From Candidatus Limnocylindrales bacterium (GTDB lineage: Bacteria; Chloroflexota; Limnocylindria; Limnocylindrales; CSP1-4): a stretch of DNA of 64,000 bases. Positions within the stretch are counted from its first letter, which is position 1, and the number at the start of each line of letters is the position of its first letter. A program made the position numbers and the translations under genes. Shown here piece after piece: positions 1 to 8,874 of this stretch. The notes beneath the pieces are model-generated. The model was not told where the DNA came from. It did not search any database and saw only the letters and a program-made list of their open reading frames with translations. The stretch is from contig JBCLDE010000001.1 of assembly GCA_038915165.1 (NCBI GenBank), forward strand, positions 6,234-70,233. The letters run 5' to 3'.

Positions 1-107
1 GCGGTGGCGGCGACCAAGCCGAAGAGGAACGCGACGATGAACCGGAGCCCGGCCGAGGAGCGGCGGACTTCGTGGCTCGTCTCGATAGTCTCAGTCGTTG
101 TCGTCAT
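1..107 (-). CDS. partial CDS (N-terminus only, runs off window start); small hydrophobic protein, family unknown
   Basis: ATG at 107 on the minus strand reads MTTTTETIETSHEVRRSSAGLRFIVAFLFGLVAATA..., a polar head followed by a hydrophobic helix. It is absent from the ORF track because it is cut by the window edge. Confidence 0.25.
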   Translation of the reverse strand, partial: MTTTTETIETSHEVRRSSAGLRFIVAFLFGLVAAT

Positions 108-195
108 CGATGTTGAGACATCCTAGCAAGCGGACCCGGCCAGCCCCGTCGGTGGCCGTACGACGGCCACGAGCGTGTCGCCGTGACGCCGGAGC

Positions 196-1170
196 TCAGG
201 CGGGGCTGCGGGGGACCAGGACGACGCGTCGATTCGGCTCCTCGCCGATGGACTGGGTGGCCACGCCGGGATGATCGCGCAGCGAGATGTGGATCCAGCG
301 GCGCTCGAGCGCAGACATCGGCTCCAGCTGGAGCATCTTGCCGGTCTCCGCCACGCGCGCGGCGGCGCGATCGGCCAGTTCGCGCAGCTGGCGCTCGCGG
401 CGGCCGCGATAATCCTCGACGTCGACGAGGACGCGAGTCCACGTCCCCATCTCCTTGGAAAGCATCAGGTTGACGAGGTGCTGGAGGGCGGAGAGGCGCT
501 CGCCCTTGCGACCGATGAGCGCGCCGAGCGCTTCCTTCTCATCGCCATCGGCAACGACATTGAGACGGCTCGTCTCGCCGGTCTCGACGTCCACGCGGAC
601 CACGAAACCGAGATGGCCCATCAGCCGTTCCAGAATCGCCTTGCCGGCTGCGAGGGCCTCGGGCGACGCTTCGGTGGCCTCGAGATCGGCACGCTCCGCG
701 GCGAGCGAGCCACGAGCGGCCACCAACTCTGCGGCCTCGGAGGCCGACAGGTCGGCCGATCCACCATGGGTCGGGGAAGGCGCGCGTTCGTCGTGGCGCG
801 GTCGGTCGTCCGGGCGCGGTCGGTCATCGCGGCGCGGCCGATCGTCTCGGCGCGGTCCGCGGTCGTCCTGGCGTGGGGCGCGGTCGTCCTGGCGTGGGGC
901 GCGGTCGTCCTGGCGCGGGCGATCGTCGCGCGGCGGGCTCGTCGGAAGCGGGGACGCCGCGGCAGCCTCACGTTTCGGGGCAGCACCTCCCAGCGCCGTG
1001 CGCGGCGCGGCCACGATCCGGGCCGGCTCCGCGCCCATCCCCAGGACGCCACGACTGCCGGGCGTCAGGATCTCGAAGTCCAGGTCGTTGAGCTCGGCTC
1101 CGAACGCCTCGCGTGCGAGGCGCAGGGCCTCTTCGACGGACTTGCCGGTGAACTCGCGGTACTCGCTCAT
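196..1170 (-). CDS. jag: Jag/KhpB RNA-binding protein (Jag_N, KH, R3H) with a repetitive Asp/Arg/Pro linker
   Basis: N-terminus MSEYREFTGKSVEEALRLAREAFG...FEIL matches Jag_N. The C-terminus ...LEPMSALERRWIHISLRDHPGVATQSIGEEPNRRVVLVP is a typical R3H end. It sits directly downstream of yidC, as in the classic origin block. Confidence 0.85.
   Translation of the reverse strand: MSEYREFTGKSVEEALRLAREAFGAELNDLDFEILTPGSRGVLGMGAEPARIVAAPRTALGGAAPKREAAAASPLPTSPPRDDRPRQDDRAPRQDDRAPRQDDRGPRRDDRPRRDDRPRPDDRPRHDERAPSPTHGGSADLSASEAAELVAARGSLAAERADLEATEASPEALAAGKAILERLMGHLGFVVRVDVETGETSRLNVVADGDEKEALGALIGRKGERLSALQHLVNLMLSKEMGTWTRVLVDVEDYRGRRERQLRELADRAAARVAETGKMLQLEPMSALERRWIHISLRDHPGVATQSIGEEPNRRVVLVPRSPA
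787..932. repeat. degenerate 18/21-bp tandem array inside jag, including two perfect 21-bp units (859..879, 880..900)
   Basis: The unit gcggtcgtcctggcgtggggc occurs twice in a row and is flanked by diverged 18/21-bp copies. The array encodes (DDR[A/G]PRQ/DDRPRx) repeated about 7 times in the Jag linker. Confidence 0.9.
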
Positions 1171-1171
1171 G

Positions 1172-2389
1172 TCAGCGTCGTCTCCCTCGTCGGCCCTGAC
1201 GGCCCCGCTCTCGGGGGCGGATCGTCGATGCGGCCGTGGTCTTCTTCTCAGCGTCGGTCAGGATGGCCGCACGCTTGCTTGGGTCGGGTGGCGGTGGCAT
1301 CGCCACCGGGAAGCGCGGGGTATGGCCGGTCGCGAAGCGTGGCGTCCAGCCGAACAGCGGGAACATACCGCCCCAGCCCACGATGAGGTACTGCTGGGCG
1401 ATCGAGAAGATCGTGGCGGTGATCCAGTAGATGAACAGGCCGGCCGGCAGGAACCCGCCGTACGCGATGGAGATGAACGGCAGGAACAGCATCGTCTGGC
1501 GCATGACCTTGGTATTCGGATCGTCCTCGTTCGTGCTGACCGGCAGCATCATCCGGGACTGGACCAGCTGCAGGAGGGCCGAGATGATGGCGAGGATGCT
1601 GAGACCCAGGACGAAGCCGGCGATGGTGACCGAGAAGAACGTCCACGGCTGGCTGACATCGATCGAGGTCCCGAGGAACGAGATGACCGTATCGATGCAC
1701 GGGCCGCGCGCTGCGTCGGGCACGCCCGCGGCGTTGAGGTTGGTGCATTGGAGGGGCACCACCTGGACCCGGAAGACGGTCAGCATCGCCGTCGGGTTCA
1801 CGTTGGTCAGCCCGTTCTGGATGACCGTGTACATGATGAACAGGAGCGGCATCTGGAGGAGGAGGGGCAGGCAGCCGGCCAGCGGGCTGACGCCGCGCTC
1901 CTTGAACAGTTCCTGCTGGGCAAGGCGGGCCTTCATGGCGTCGCCCTTGTAACGCCGCTGCATCTCCTTGATCTCCGGCTGCAGGAGCTGCATCCGGCGC
2001 ATCGACACGAGCTGCCTGCGGTAGAGCGGGATGACGATGGCCCGGACCAGGAGGGTCAGGGCCGCGATCGCCCAGCCGATCGCTGCGGGCACGCCGAGGT
2101 TCTGCAGGAAGCCGTAGACCGCGACGAGGACGATGAACATCGCCTGGAAGATGGGCGTGAACGCCCACGCCAGGAGGCTGACCGGGTCGGCGCCCGGCTG
2201 GGACGGGCTCAACGGCGGTTGGTGCGTCGGGGATGCCGCTGCCGCTCCGGACGCTCCGGGCGCCCCGTTCGAGGCGCACGCGGCCGCCACCAGCACGACC
2301 AGGACGAGGAGCAGGATCTGGCCGAACCTGTCCCGGTGGAAGCGATGGAGTGTCACGAGCCTGAGCGCCTCGCTAACGGACCGGGTCAT
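1172..2389 (-). CDS. yidC: membrane protein insertase YidC (start uncertain; ORF extends to 2434, GTG alternative at 2356)
   Basis: Motifs [37 protein letters not shown] and [40 protein letters not shown] are typical of the YidC/Oxa1 core. A basic C-terminal tail is present, and yidD lies immediately upstream. Confidence 0.85.
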   Translation of the reverse strand: MTRSVSEALRLVTLHRFHRDRFGQILLLVLVVLVAAACASNGAPGASGAAAASPTHQPPLSPSQPGADPVSLLAWAFTPIFQAMFIVLVAVYGFLQNLGVPAAIGWAIAALTLLVRAIVIPLYRRQLVSMRRMQLLQPEIKEMQRRYKGDAMKARLAQQELFKERGVSPLAGCLPLLLQMPLLFIMYTVIQNGLTNVNPTAMLTVFRVQVVPLQCTNLNAAGVPDAARGPCIDTVISFLGTSIDVSQPWTFFSVTIAGFVLGLSILAIISALLQLVQSRMMLPVSTNEDDPNTKVMRQTMLFLPFISIAYGGFLPAGLFIYWITATIFSIAQQYLIVGWGGMFPLFGWTPRFATGHTPRFPVAMPPPPDPSKRAAILTDAEKKTTAASTIRPRERGRQGRRGRRR

Positions 2390-2579
2390 ACCCGCCGGGG
2401 TTCCAGGGGTGGCAGCGGGCGATCCGCTTGGCACCCATCCAGCTTCCCTTGAGCAGACCGTGTCTCTGGATGGCCTGCTCCGTGTAGTGGGAGCAGGTGG
2501 GTTCGAACCGACAGCTGGGCGGCAGCCAGGCGAAGACGATCCGATAAAGCTTGATGAACCCGATACCGATGCGCTTCAA
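2373..2579 (-). CDS. yidD: membrane protein insertion efficiency factor YidD
   Basis: The 68-aa product reads [31 protein letters not shown]...[16 protein letters not shown], the canonical YidD signature. Confidence 0.9.
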   Translation of the reverse strand: MKRIGIGFIKLYRIVFAWLPPSCRFEPTCSHYTEQAIQRHGLLKGSWMGAKRIARCHPWNPGGYDPVR

Positions 2580-2908
2580 CCCGTGGACCCTCCGAGCGCG
2601 CCGCCCTTGACGAGGGTTCGGCGCACAGCCCCGACCAGCGTGTCGTAGTCCGCCGCGACGATCGCGGGCCGGGCGATGATGAGGACGTCCCAGCCGGGCT
2701 GGAACGAGGGCGCCATCGCCCTGAGCGTCTCGCGAAGGCGGCGACGGACTCGATTGCGAACCACCGCCCCGCCGAGCGATCGGCCGGTCGACAGCCCGAA
2801 GCGGGTCGTCTCGAGATCGGTCCGCCGGAATCGCGCGGTGAGAAGCGGGTGGGACCGTGTGGTCCCGCCTCCCTGGAACGCCGCGAAGTCCCGCGGTCGG
2901 GAGAGCAT
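2576..2908 (-). CDS. rnpA: ribonuclease P protein component (start ATG 2908 or GTG 2911; the longer track ORF to 3127 overlaps rpmH and is rejected)
   Basis: The product reads [28 protein letters not shown]...[24 protein letters not shown]...DVLIIARP, the RnpA pattern. It lies 35 nt downstream of rpmH. Confidence 0.8.
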   Translation of the reverse strand: MLSRPRDFAAFQGGGTTRSHPLLTARFRRTDLETTRFGLSTGRSLGGAVVRNRVRRRLRETLRAMAPSFQPGWDVLIIARPAIVAADYDTLVGAVRRTLVKGGALGGSTG

Positions 2909-2943
2909 CACGAGCCGCGGCCTGTCTGCGCCGGGCCCGATCG

Positions 2944-3078
2944 TCAGGCCGTCAGCCGTTTGCGACCGCGAGCTCGACGGGCCGCCATGATCCGCCGGCC
3001 ACCGGCCGACTTCATCCGGGCGCGGAAGCCGTGCTCCTTGGCGCGGTGGCGCTTCTTTGGCTGAAAGGTCTGCTTCAT
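2944..3078 (-). CDS. rpmH: 50S ribosomal protein L34 (44 aa; below the ORF-track length cutoff)
   Basis: Reverse complement from ATG at 3078 gives [44 protein letters not shown], ending at TGA 2946..2944. This is near-consensus L34. Confidence 0.95.
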   Translation of the reverse strand: MKQTFQPKKRHRAKEHGFRARMKSAGGRRIMAARRARGRKRLTA

Positions 3079-3241
3079 CTGGACTGTCCGGGATCCTCTC
3101 CATCCGGCCTCGGGGACGGTCTGTCACTACCCCCTGAAGGCACGCAAACGCACCTGGCGCCCGAAAGCGCGCGACGCGTCGTCGTCCGGCGGATGATATG
3201 CCCGGCTCCGGAAGAGTGTCAAACCTCGTTGGGACGTCCTG

Positions 3242-3960
3242 TTGATGGACGACGCTCCGGTCACCCTGGTTCCCGATGAGCAGCGCCGGCTCGACGTGTT
3301 GAGCGAGCTGCTAGCAGGCCACCTGACGACGACCGAGACGGCGCTCACGCTCGACCTGCCAATCCGGCACCTGAAGCGTCTGGGGGGCCGTGACCGGCCG
3401 CCGGGCTCAACCACGATCCCGGGCTCAACCGCCACCACCTGGCGGACCGGCCCGCCGACCGGCTCGCCGAGGTGGCCGGCGATGCATCGGCGGAGTCGGA
3501 CGGCAGATCGTGCCCCAACCCCGGCAGGCCATGCACCCGCGGACTACTACGGCCGGTGATGGCGCGTCATGGGCCATCGAGCGACCGAATCACCCGCGCT
3601 GCGGGCCTGCAGCTGCACGATCCACGCTCAGTCACGCGCCGTCGGCAGCCCGACCCGGCAGAGGTTCGGCCGTAGTAGTCCGTGGGCGACTGTTTCGCCG
3701 CGTAACCCGGTGGGACCGTGGGCCGCGGGCCGCCGTCACCGCTGGTTCGGGCCCGAGCTTCCCTTCGCCACGCTCAGTGGGGCGATCGACCGCCACGGGA
3801 TCTTCACGAAGCTGGCCTCGGAGCGCCTGACGCTCGAGGAGGGGCTGACCGGGACTCGCCTGCCGACCCAGATCGGGCGAGCCCTGGTGAGCTCGATCTC
3901 GAGCGGATTTGACGACCGCGCGCACGCGCGAGGTCCTCCGCTGGGCGGTCTGGTGGCTCC
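3242..3960 (+). pseudogene. decayed DDE/rve-type transposase (IS481/ISNCY-like) remnant between rpmH and dnaA
   Basis: The HTH-like N-terminus MMDDAPVTLVPDEQRRLDVLSELLAGHLTTTETALTLDLPIRHLKRL starts at 3242. RITRAAGL follows in a second frame. AIDRHGIFTKLASERLTLEEGLTGTRLPTQIGRAL (~3780-3890) lies in a third segment, resembling the D(R/K)HSIF...PTQFGRAL region of such transposases. There are at least 2 frameshifts and tandem TAG TAG stops at 3673..3678. The assignment is from memory of the family. Confidence 0.45.
3541..3681. repeat. 15-bp perfect inverted repeat pair (ggactactacggccg at 3541..3555, cggccgtagtagtcc at 3667..3681) flanking 111 bp
   Basis: The two arms are exact reverse complements read directly from the sequence. 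With flanks they extend to about 22 bp with 2 mismatches. The pair lies inside the transposase remnant. Confidence 0.85.
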
Positions 3961-4222
3961 GGTAGCGACACGCTCGGATACCCCATGGGGGTATCTCAGA
4001 ATCGCCTTGCGGGCCGCGTTCCGCCGGTGTTATCCTCTCCGAGCCCTCGGCGCCGGAGTCGTACGCGAGAGGCCGTGGAACCCCCGGACGGGATCCTCGG
4101 AACGCATCGAGCCGGGCGCCGCGAGCGGCGTTCCGAGCACGCGTGAACGCGGCCCGATCATTCCATTCCCTGGTCAAACCTACCCATCGACAGCCCCACA
4201 GCAGGCAGGGTCCGATCGATAT

Positions 4223-5599
4223 ATGGACGCAAAGCAGGTCTGGCGCGCCGCTCTGGGTGAGCTACAGGTTTCGCTCTCCCCTGCCAATTTCGAGACGTGG
4301 CTGCGCGACACCCTGCTCGTCGACGTCGACGAGCAGCGGTTCCGGATCGCCGTCCCGAACGGCTTCGCCAAGGACTGGCTCGAGTCTCGCTATCGCTCCC
4401 TGATCAGCCAGACCCTGGCCCGTATCGTCGGCTACAGCGTCCAGGTGGAGTTCGTCATCGGTCCCACGCCCGACGCGCCGGAGGAGCGCTCGCTGCGTCC
4501 GGCGGTCGGAGCCCCGCCGAATGTGGCACAGCAGGTCCGGGTGGAGCCCACGCGCATCGGCGGCGAAGGCGGCACGACCTTCCTGAACTCCCGCTACACG
4601 TTCTCGAACTTCATCGTCGGCTCGGCCAACCGGCTCGCCCATGCGGCCAGCCTGTCGGTCGCCGAGCGGCCGGGCCATGCCTACAACCCGCTTTTTTTGT
4701 ACGGCGGGGTCGGCCTTGGCAAGACCCATCTGATGCATGCCATCGGCAACCAGGTCATCGCCAAGTTCCCGCGAAAGCGAGTCGTCTACGCGACGAGTGA
4801 GAAGTTCACCAACGAGTTCATCACCTCGATCCAGCAGGGCAAGATCGACGAGTTCCGAGCCCGTTACCGACGGATCGATCTCCTGCTCATCGACGACATC
4901 CAGTTCATCGCCGACAAGGAGCGAACGCAGGAAGAGTTCTTCCATACGTTCAACGCGATCCACGAGGACGGCAAGCAGATCGTGCTGTCGTCGGACCGGC
5001 CACCGAAGGGGATCCTGACGCTCGAAGAGCGGCTACGCAGCCGGTTCGAGTGGGGCCTGATCGCCGACCTCACCGCGCCCGACCTGGAGACGCGCATCGC
5101 CATCCTCCGCGCGAAGGCGGAGGAGGGCGCAGTCCCGATCACCTCCGACGTCGTCGAGTTCATCGCCCGGAAGGTCGTCAGCAATATCCGGGAGCTGGAG
5201 GGCGCACTCAACCGGATCGTCGCCTATGCGAGCATGGGGGTGATGCCCATCGGCATCGAGCTCGCCCAAGCTGTCCTCTCGAACGTCCTCTACAACCCCA
5301 AGAAGCGCCAGGTGACGCCGGAGCGGGTCGCCAGGGTCGTGTCGGAGTACTACAGCGTGCCGATGGACGTCCTGCAGGGCCAGAAGCGCGACAAGGCCAT
5401 CGTGGTTCCCCGCCAGATCGCGATGTTCCTGATGCGCCAGGAGACCGACGTCTCGCTCCTGCGCATCGGTGCGGAGCTTGGCGGACGCGACCATTCGACG
5501 GTCCTGCACGCGTGCGCCAAGATCAACCGCGAGGTGGGCGTCAACGACGAGCTGCGCCGGGAGATCGCCGCGGTCCGGGAGCTGATCTACGCCGACTGA
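4223..5599 (+). CDS. dnaA: chromosomal replication initiator DnaA (458 aa; the track ORF's upstream extension from 3569 is rejected)
   Basis: The N-terminus reads MDAKQVWRAALGELQVSLSPANFETWL. The Walker A site is LFLYGGVGLGKTHLMHAIGN, the sensor region is IDDIQFIADKERTQEEFFHTFN, and the C-terminal DNA-binding helix is RDHSTVLHACAKI. Confidence 0.95.
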   Translation: MDAKQVWRAALGELQVSLSPANFETWLRDTLLVDVDEQRFRIAVPNGFAKDWLESRYRSLISQTLARIVGYSVQVEFVIGPTPDAPEERSLRPAVGAPPNVAQQVRVEPTRIGGEGGTTFLNSRYTFSNFIVGSANRLAHAASLSVAERPGHAYNPLFLYGGVGLGKTHLMHAIGNQVIAKFPRKRVVYATSEKFTNEFITSIQQGKIDEFRARYRRIDLLLIDDIQFIADKERTQEEFFHTFNAIHEDGKQIVLSSDRPPKGILTLEERLRSRFEWGLIADLTAPDLETRIAILRAKAEEGAVPITSDVVEFIARKVVSNIRELEGALNRIVAYASMGVMPIGIELAQAVLSNVLYNPKKRQVTPERVARVVSEYYSVPMDVLQGQKRDKAIVVPRQIAMFLMRQETDVSLLRIGAELGGRDHSTVLHACAKINREVGVNDELRREIAAVRELIYAD

Positions 5600-6058
5600 C
5601 CCGCGCTGCGAGACGCCGCGCCGAGGTCGATCCGTTGCCGCTTGGGCCTCGTCGAGTCCCCTTCCTGTGGATAAGCGCCCGGAATCGGTGGGAAACCCCT
5701 CTCCGCTGTGGACATCGCTGTCGTCAGGCGGGCCCTTATCGGCATCGCTCCGTGGAGATCCAGCGACGACTCCGATACAGCGCGCGAGTCGACGCGAAGC
5801 TATCCACATCCTGTCCGCTGACAAACTCGCGTCGGAGGCCCGTCCATCCACGGGATGGTGACCCTCGTCCACCGTCGAAGGGAGCGTGCCTGAGCACGTC
5901 TGTCCACTGAGTGCACACCATGATGATGGTGATGATGAGATGAGAAGATAGAGAGAAGATACCCACGGCCCACCGGTCTCGGATCGGCAGAGCGACGATC
6001 TACCGATCCGACCCCTGGCCGCGGCCCAGATACAGCGTCATAGTGGAGTGAGTCCGAC
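5600..6058. other. candidate oriC (dnaA-dnaN intergenic): DnaA-box cluster plus an AT/purine-rich unwinding-type element
   Basis: The perfect box TGTGGATAA lies at 5666..5674 (reverse complement TTATCCACA). Near-boxes are TGTGGACAT 5707..5715, cTATCCACA 5800..5808, tccATCCAC 5843..5851 and tcTGTCCAC 5899..5907. The stretch tgatgatggtgatgatgagatgagaagatagagagaagata (about 5920..5962) is strikingly AT-rich for this genome. Confidence 0.7.
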
Positions 6059-7177
6059 GTGAAACTTTCGGTCATGCAGGAGAACCTGGCGCGCGGCCTT
6101 TCGGTCGTCAGTCGTGCCGTTTCGAACCGGAGCACCCTGCCCGTCCTCGCCAACGTCCTGCTCAAGACGGAGGACGCGGGGCTCAAGTTGACCGCTACGA
6201 ACCTCGAGATCGGCATAACCTATTGGGTGCCGGGCAAGATCGAGTCGGATGGCGCAACGACCGTCCCAGCCAAGTTGCTGACGGATCTGGTTAACTCACT
6301 GCCGTCCGGCGATCGCGTCGACCTCACCCTCCAGGCGGCCGATACGTTACATCTGCGATGCGGGCGATTCGAGTCGCACATCAAGGGGATCGATGCCGAC
6401 GAATTCCCCGCCATCGGTGCTGTCGGCGAGCGACCTACGACCAGGATCGCCCAGAACGTCCTGCGCAGGGCCTTGGCTGAGATCGTCTTCGCCGCTGCCA
6501 GCGACGAGGCCCGGCCGATCCTGACCGGGGTCCTCGCCAAGTTCGAGGGCGACCGGTTGACGCTCGCTGCGGCCGATAACTACCGCATCGCCGTCAAGAC
6601 CATCCCGATCCTGGACGCCGTCCCTGAGACGAGCGTGGTCATCCCGGCCCGCGCTCTGAACGAGCTGGCGCGGATCCTCGCTGACGTCGACGACCCGGTC
6701 GAAGTCGTGCTGGCCGGCGGCCGCAATCAGGTCCTCTTCCATCTCGACGGCGTCGACCTCGTCAGTCGGCTCATCGACGGCCAATTCCCGAACTACCAGC
6801 AGGTCGTCCCACAGAGCCATACGACCCGGGCCATCTTCGATCGCGAAGAGCTTCTCCGGGCTGTCCGGCCGGCGGCGCTCATCGCCCACGAATCGGCCAA
6901 CATCGTCAAGCTCCAGATCAGCTCGGACGGCGAGCCCGGGATCACGGTCAGCGCCAACGCTGAGGTGGGCGACCATGTCGGGCAGGTCGCAGCCACCGTC
7001 GAGGGTGACGGGACGACCATCGCGTTCAACGCTCGCTACCTCGCCGATGTCCTGACCAACGTGACCGCCGACCAGTTCGCCCTCGAGCTCAACGGTCCGC
7101 TGTCACCGGGCGTTTTCAAGCCCGTCGGTGACGACCAGTACATCCACGTGGTCATGCCCGTGCGAACCACGTCCTAG
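6059..7177 (+). CDS. dnaN: DNA polymerase III beta sliding clamp
   Basis: The 372-aa product reads KLSVMQENLARGLSVVSRAVSNRSTLPVLANVLLKTEDAGLKLTATNLEIGI...MPVRT. It starts at GTG 6059 and follows dnaA/oriC. Confidence 0.95.
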   Translation: MKLSVMQENLARGLSVVSRAVSNRSTLPVLANVLLKTEDAGLKLTATNLEIGITYWVPGKIESDGATTVPAKLLTDLVNSLPSGDRVDLTLQAADTLHLRCGRFESHIKGIDADEFPAIGAVGERPTTRIAQNVLRRALAEIVFAAASDEARPILTGVLAKFEGDRLTLAAADNYRIAVKTIPILDAVPETSVVIPARALNELARILADVDDPVEVVLAGGRNQVLFHLDGVDLVSRLIDGQFPNYQQVVPQSHTTRAIFDREELLRAVRPAALIAHESANIVKLQISSDGEPGITVSANAEVGDHVGQVAATVEGDGTTIAFNARYLADVLTNVTADQFALELNGPLSPGVFKPVGDDQYIHVVMPVRTTS

Positions 7178-7224
7178 CCTGCGTATCCGGAGGCGGGACC
7201 CGGCAGGCCCGGGCTCGGACGACC

Positions 7225-8418
7225 CTGCTTGAGACGATACGCCTGCTCGACTTCCGGGGCTATGCGTCACTTGACGCGACGTTCGGTCCGGGTCCTCAGC
7301 TTATCTGGGGGCCCAACGCGGCCGGCAAGACGAGCCTGCTGGAAGCCATGGTCCTCCTCGCCTGGGGCCGTTCGCACCGGACGAGCTCCGACGGCGAGCT
7401 GATCCGCTGGGGAACGGATCTCGCCCGAGTCGAGGGCCGGGTCGGTACCAACACGATCGAGGTCGCTGTCGTCCGCGCCGGAGCCGGGGGCGAGGCCGGC
7501 CGCAAGCGGATCCGGGTCAACGGCCTCGGTCGCCGAGCGGCCGGCCTCGCCGGGCTCCTCCGGGTCGTTGTCTTCGCGCCGGAGGAGATGCTCCTCATCG
7601 TCGGCTCGCCCTCGCTCCGCCGGGCAGTCATAGACCAGCTGGCCGCGTCTGGCTCGCCGGCCTACGCCGACGCCCTCGCGACGTATGGCCGTACGCTCCA
7701 GCAACGCAACAGCCTGCTCCGCGCGATCCGCGAGGAGGGTGCGTCACGTGACGAGCTGCGCTTCTGGGACGGGGCCTTCCTCGATGCGGGCGGGGCCATC
7801 GTGGCCGAACGCCGGCGACTGCTCGAGGTCCTGGCCGACCCGCTGGCCGCAGCCCACGCAGAGATCGCCCCGGCCGAGGCCGCGACTGCTCGGCTGGCCC
7901 TTCGCTACGCGACCAACGCCCCACCACTCCCCGGCGAGGCGCCTCGTGGCGCGCTCGCCCGGCGTCTGGCCGAGACGGCCGACAAGGAGGTCTGGAACGG
8001 CTCCACGCTGATCGGGCCGCATCGCGACGACCTCGTCTTCGAACTCGACGGTCGTGACATCGCTGGTTTCGCGTCACGTGGCCAGCAGCGAACCGCGATC
8101 CTCGCCCTGAAGCTCGCCGAGCTCGACGTCCTGACCGCGATCGACGGGCGCCCGCCCCTGCTCCTGCTCGACGACGTCTTCTCAGAGCTCGATCCGGAGC
8201 GGCGGTCGCACCTGGTCCGCCGGATCGCGGCGCTGCCCCAGGCGTTCGTGACGACGACGACGCTCGACGACCTCGATCCGGAGCTCCGCGCCATCGCCGC
8301 CGCCTGGGAGGTGCGGACAGGCCCGGACGGAGCCTGGCTCGTGGCGACGGCCCGGCCGGGGCCCACGCCGGACCGCGCCCACGCGCCCACGCCGGACGTC
8401 GGGGAGGCCGCTGGGTGA
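7225..8418 (+). CDS. recF: DNA replication/repair protein RecF; conserved N-terminus lies upstream of the first canonical start (probable CTG start at 7225)
   Basis: In-frame translation from 7225 reads LLETIRLLDFRGYASLDATFGPGPQLIWGPNAAGKTSLLEAMVLL, with Walker A GPNAAGKT at 7309..7332. The track ORF starts only at ATG 7348, after the P-loop. No ATG, GTG or TTG occurs in frame between 7141 and 7348. Confidence 0.85.
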   Translation: MLETIRLLDFRGYASLDATFGPGPQLIWGPNAAGKTSLLEAMVLLAWGRSHRTSSDGELIRWGTDLARVEGRVGTNTIEVAVVRAGAGGEAGRKRIRVNGLGRRAAGLAGLLRVVVFAPEEMLLIVGSPSLRRAVIDQLAASGSPAYADALATYGRTLQQRNSLLRAIREEGASRDELRFWDGAFLDAGGAIVAERRRLLEVLADPLAAAHAEIAPAEAATARLALRYATNAPPLPGEAPRGALARRLAETADKEVWNGSTLIGPHRDDLVFELDGRDIAGFASRGQQRTAILALKLAELDVLTAIDGRPPLLLLDDVFSELDPERRSHLVRRIAALPQAFVTTTTLDDLDPELRAIAAAWEVRTGPDGAWLVATARPGPTPDRAHAPTPDVGEAAG

Positions 8419-8744
8419 GCGTCCGACGCCGGCCGATGGTCCGCCTTGGCGACCTCATCCCGGACGCGGCACGGGCCCTTGGCCTGGAGGACGAGCTGCG
8501 CCTGTCGCGCGCCATGGCGACCTTCGAGGCGCTCGTCGCCGAACGCGTCCCGGCGGCCGCGGGCGCCTGCCGCGTGGTCCGCCTGGAAGGGTTCGGCATG
8601 GATGTGGAGGCCGACATGCCGATCGTCGCCCAGGAGCTGCGCCTGCGCGCCATCGAGCTGCTGGCGGCCTTCGCGGCGGCGCCCGGTGGTGTGGGCGTCC
8701 GTGAATTGCGAGTGCACGTCCGACGCAATGGTCCGCGCGTATAA
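8415..8744 (+). CDS. DUF721 / DciA-like protein (typical recF-downstream gene)
   Basis: The 109-aa product overlaps the recF stop by GTGA. The pattern LGDLIPDAARALGLEDELRLSRAMATFEALV...CRVVRLEGFGMDVEADMPIVAQELRLRAIELL resembles DUF721, and its position after recF is conserved in many phyla. Confidence 0.6.
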   Translation: MSVRRRPMVRLGDLIPDAARALGLEDELRLSRAMATFEALVAERVPAAAGACRVVRLEGFGMDVEADMPIVAQELRLRAIELLAAFAAAPGGVGVRELRVHVRRNGPRV

Positions 8745-8874
8745 TCCGCGACACCCGTCAGCCATCTCCGGGGCAGGCGATCGCGGCCAAAGCCCGTAGC
8801 AAGCCCAGATCGACCTCGCCTGCCCGTCCCGCCACACCCCGGACTTCCGGGGCGCGCCGTCATAAGAGGCCCGG

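Noticed and set aside
455-2452. 665-aa plus-strand ORF antisense to jag and yidC
   Set aside because: The sequence is low-complexity and Arg/Ser/Pro/Ala-rich with no recognisable motifs. It overlaps two well-supported minus-strand genes. It is a typical stop-codon-poor antisense frame in high-GC DNA.
2495-2525. tRNA T-arm-like GGTTCGAACC
   Set aside because: It lies inside yidD coding sequence (encodes CRFEPTC). No acceptor or anticodon stems are present around it.
2909-3127. Upstream extension of the rnpA ORF
   Set aside because: It overlaps the rpmH coding sequence (2944..3078) in another frame. RnpA homology begins at MLSRPRDF.
3569-4222. 218-codon upstream extension of the dnaA ORF
   Set aside because: The DnaA N-terminal domain starts cleanly at ATG 4223 (MDAKQVWRAAL...). 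The extension is partly the transposase remnant and shows no DnaA similarity.
3128-4222. rpmH-dnaA spacer as the replication origin
   Set aside because: It is GC-rich, mostly transposase remnant, and I found only a 7/9 DnaA-box match. The dnaA-dnaN spacer is a far better candidate.
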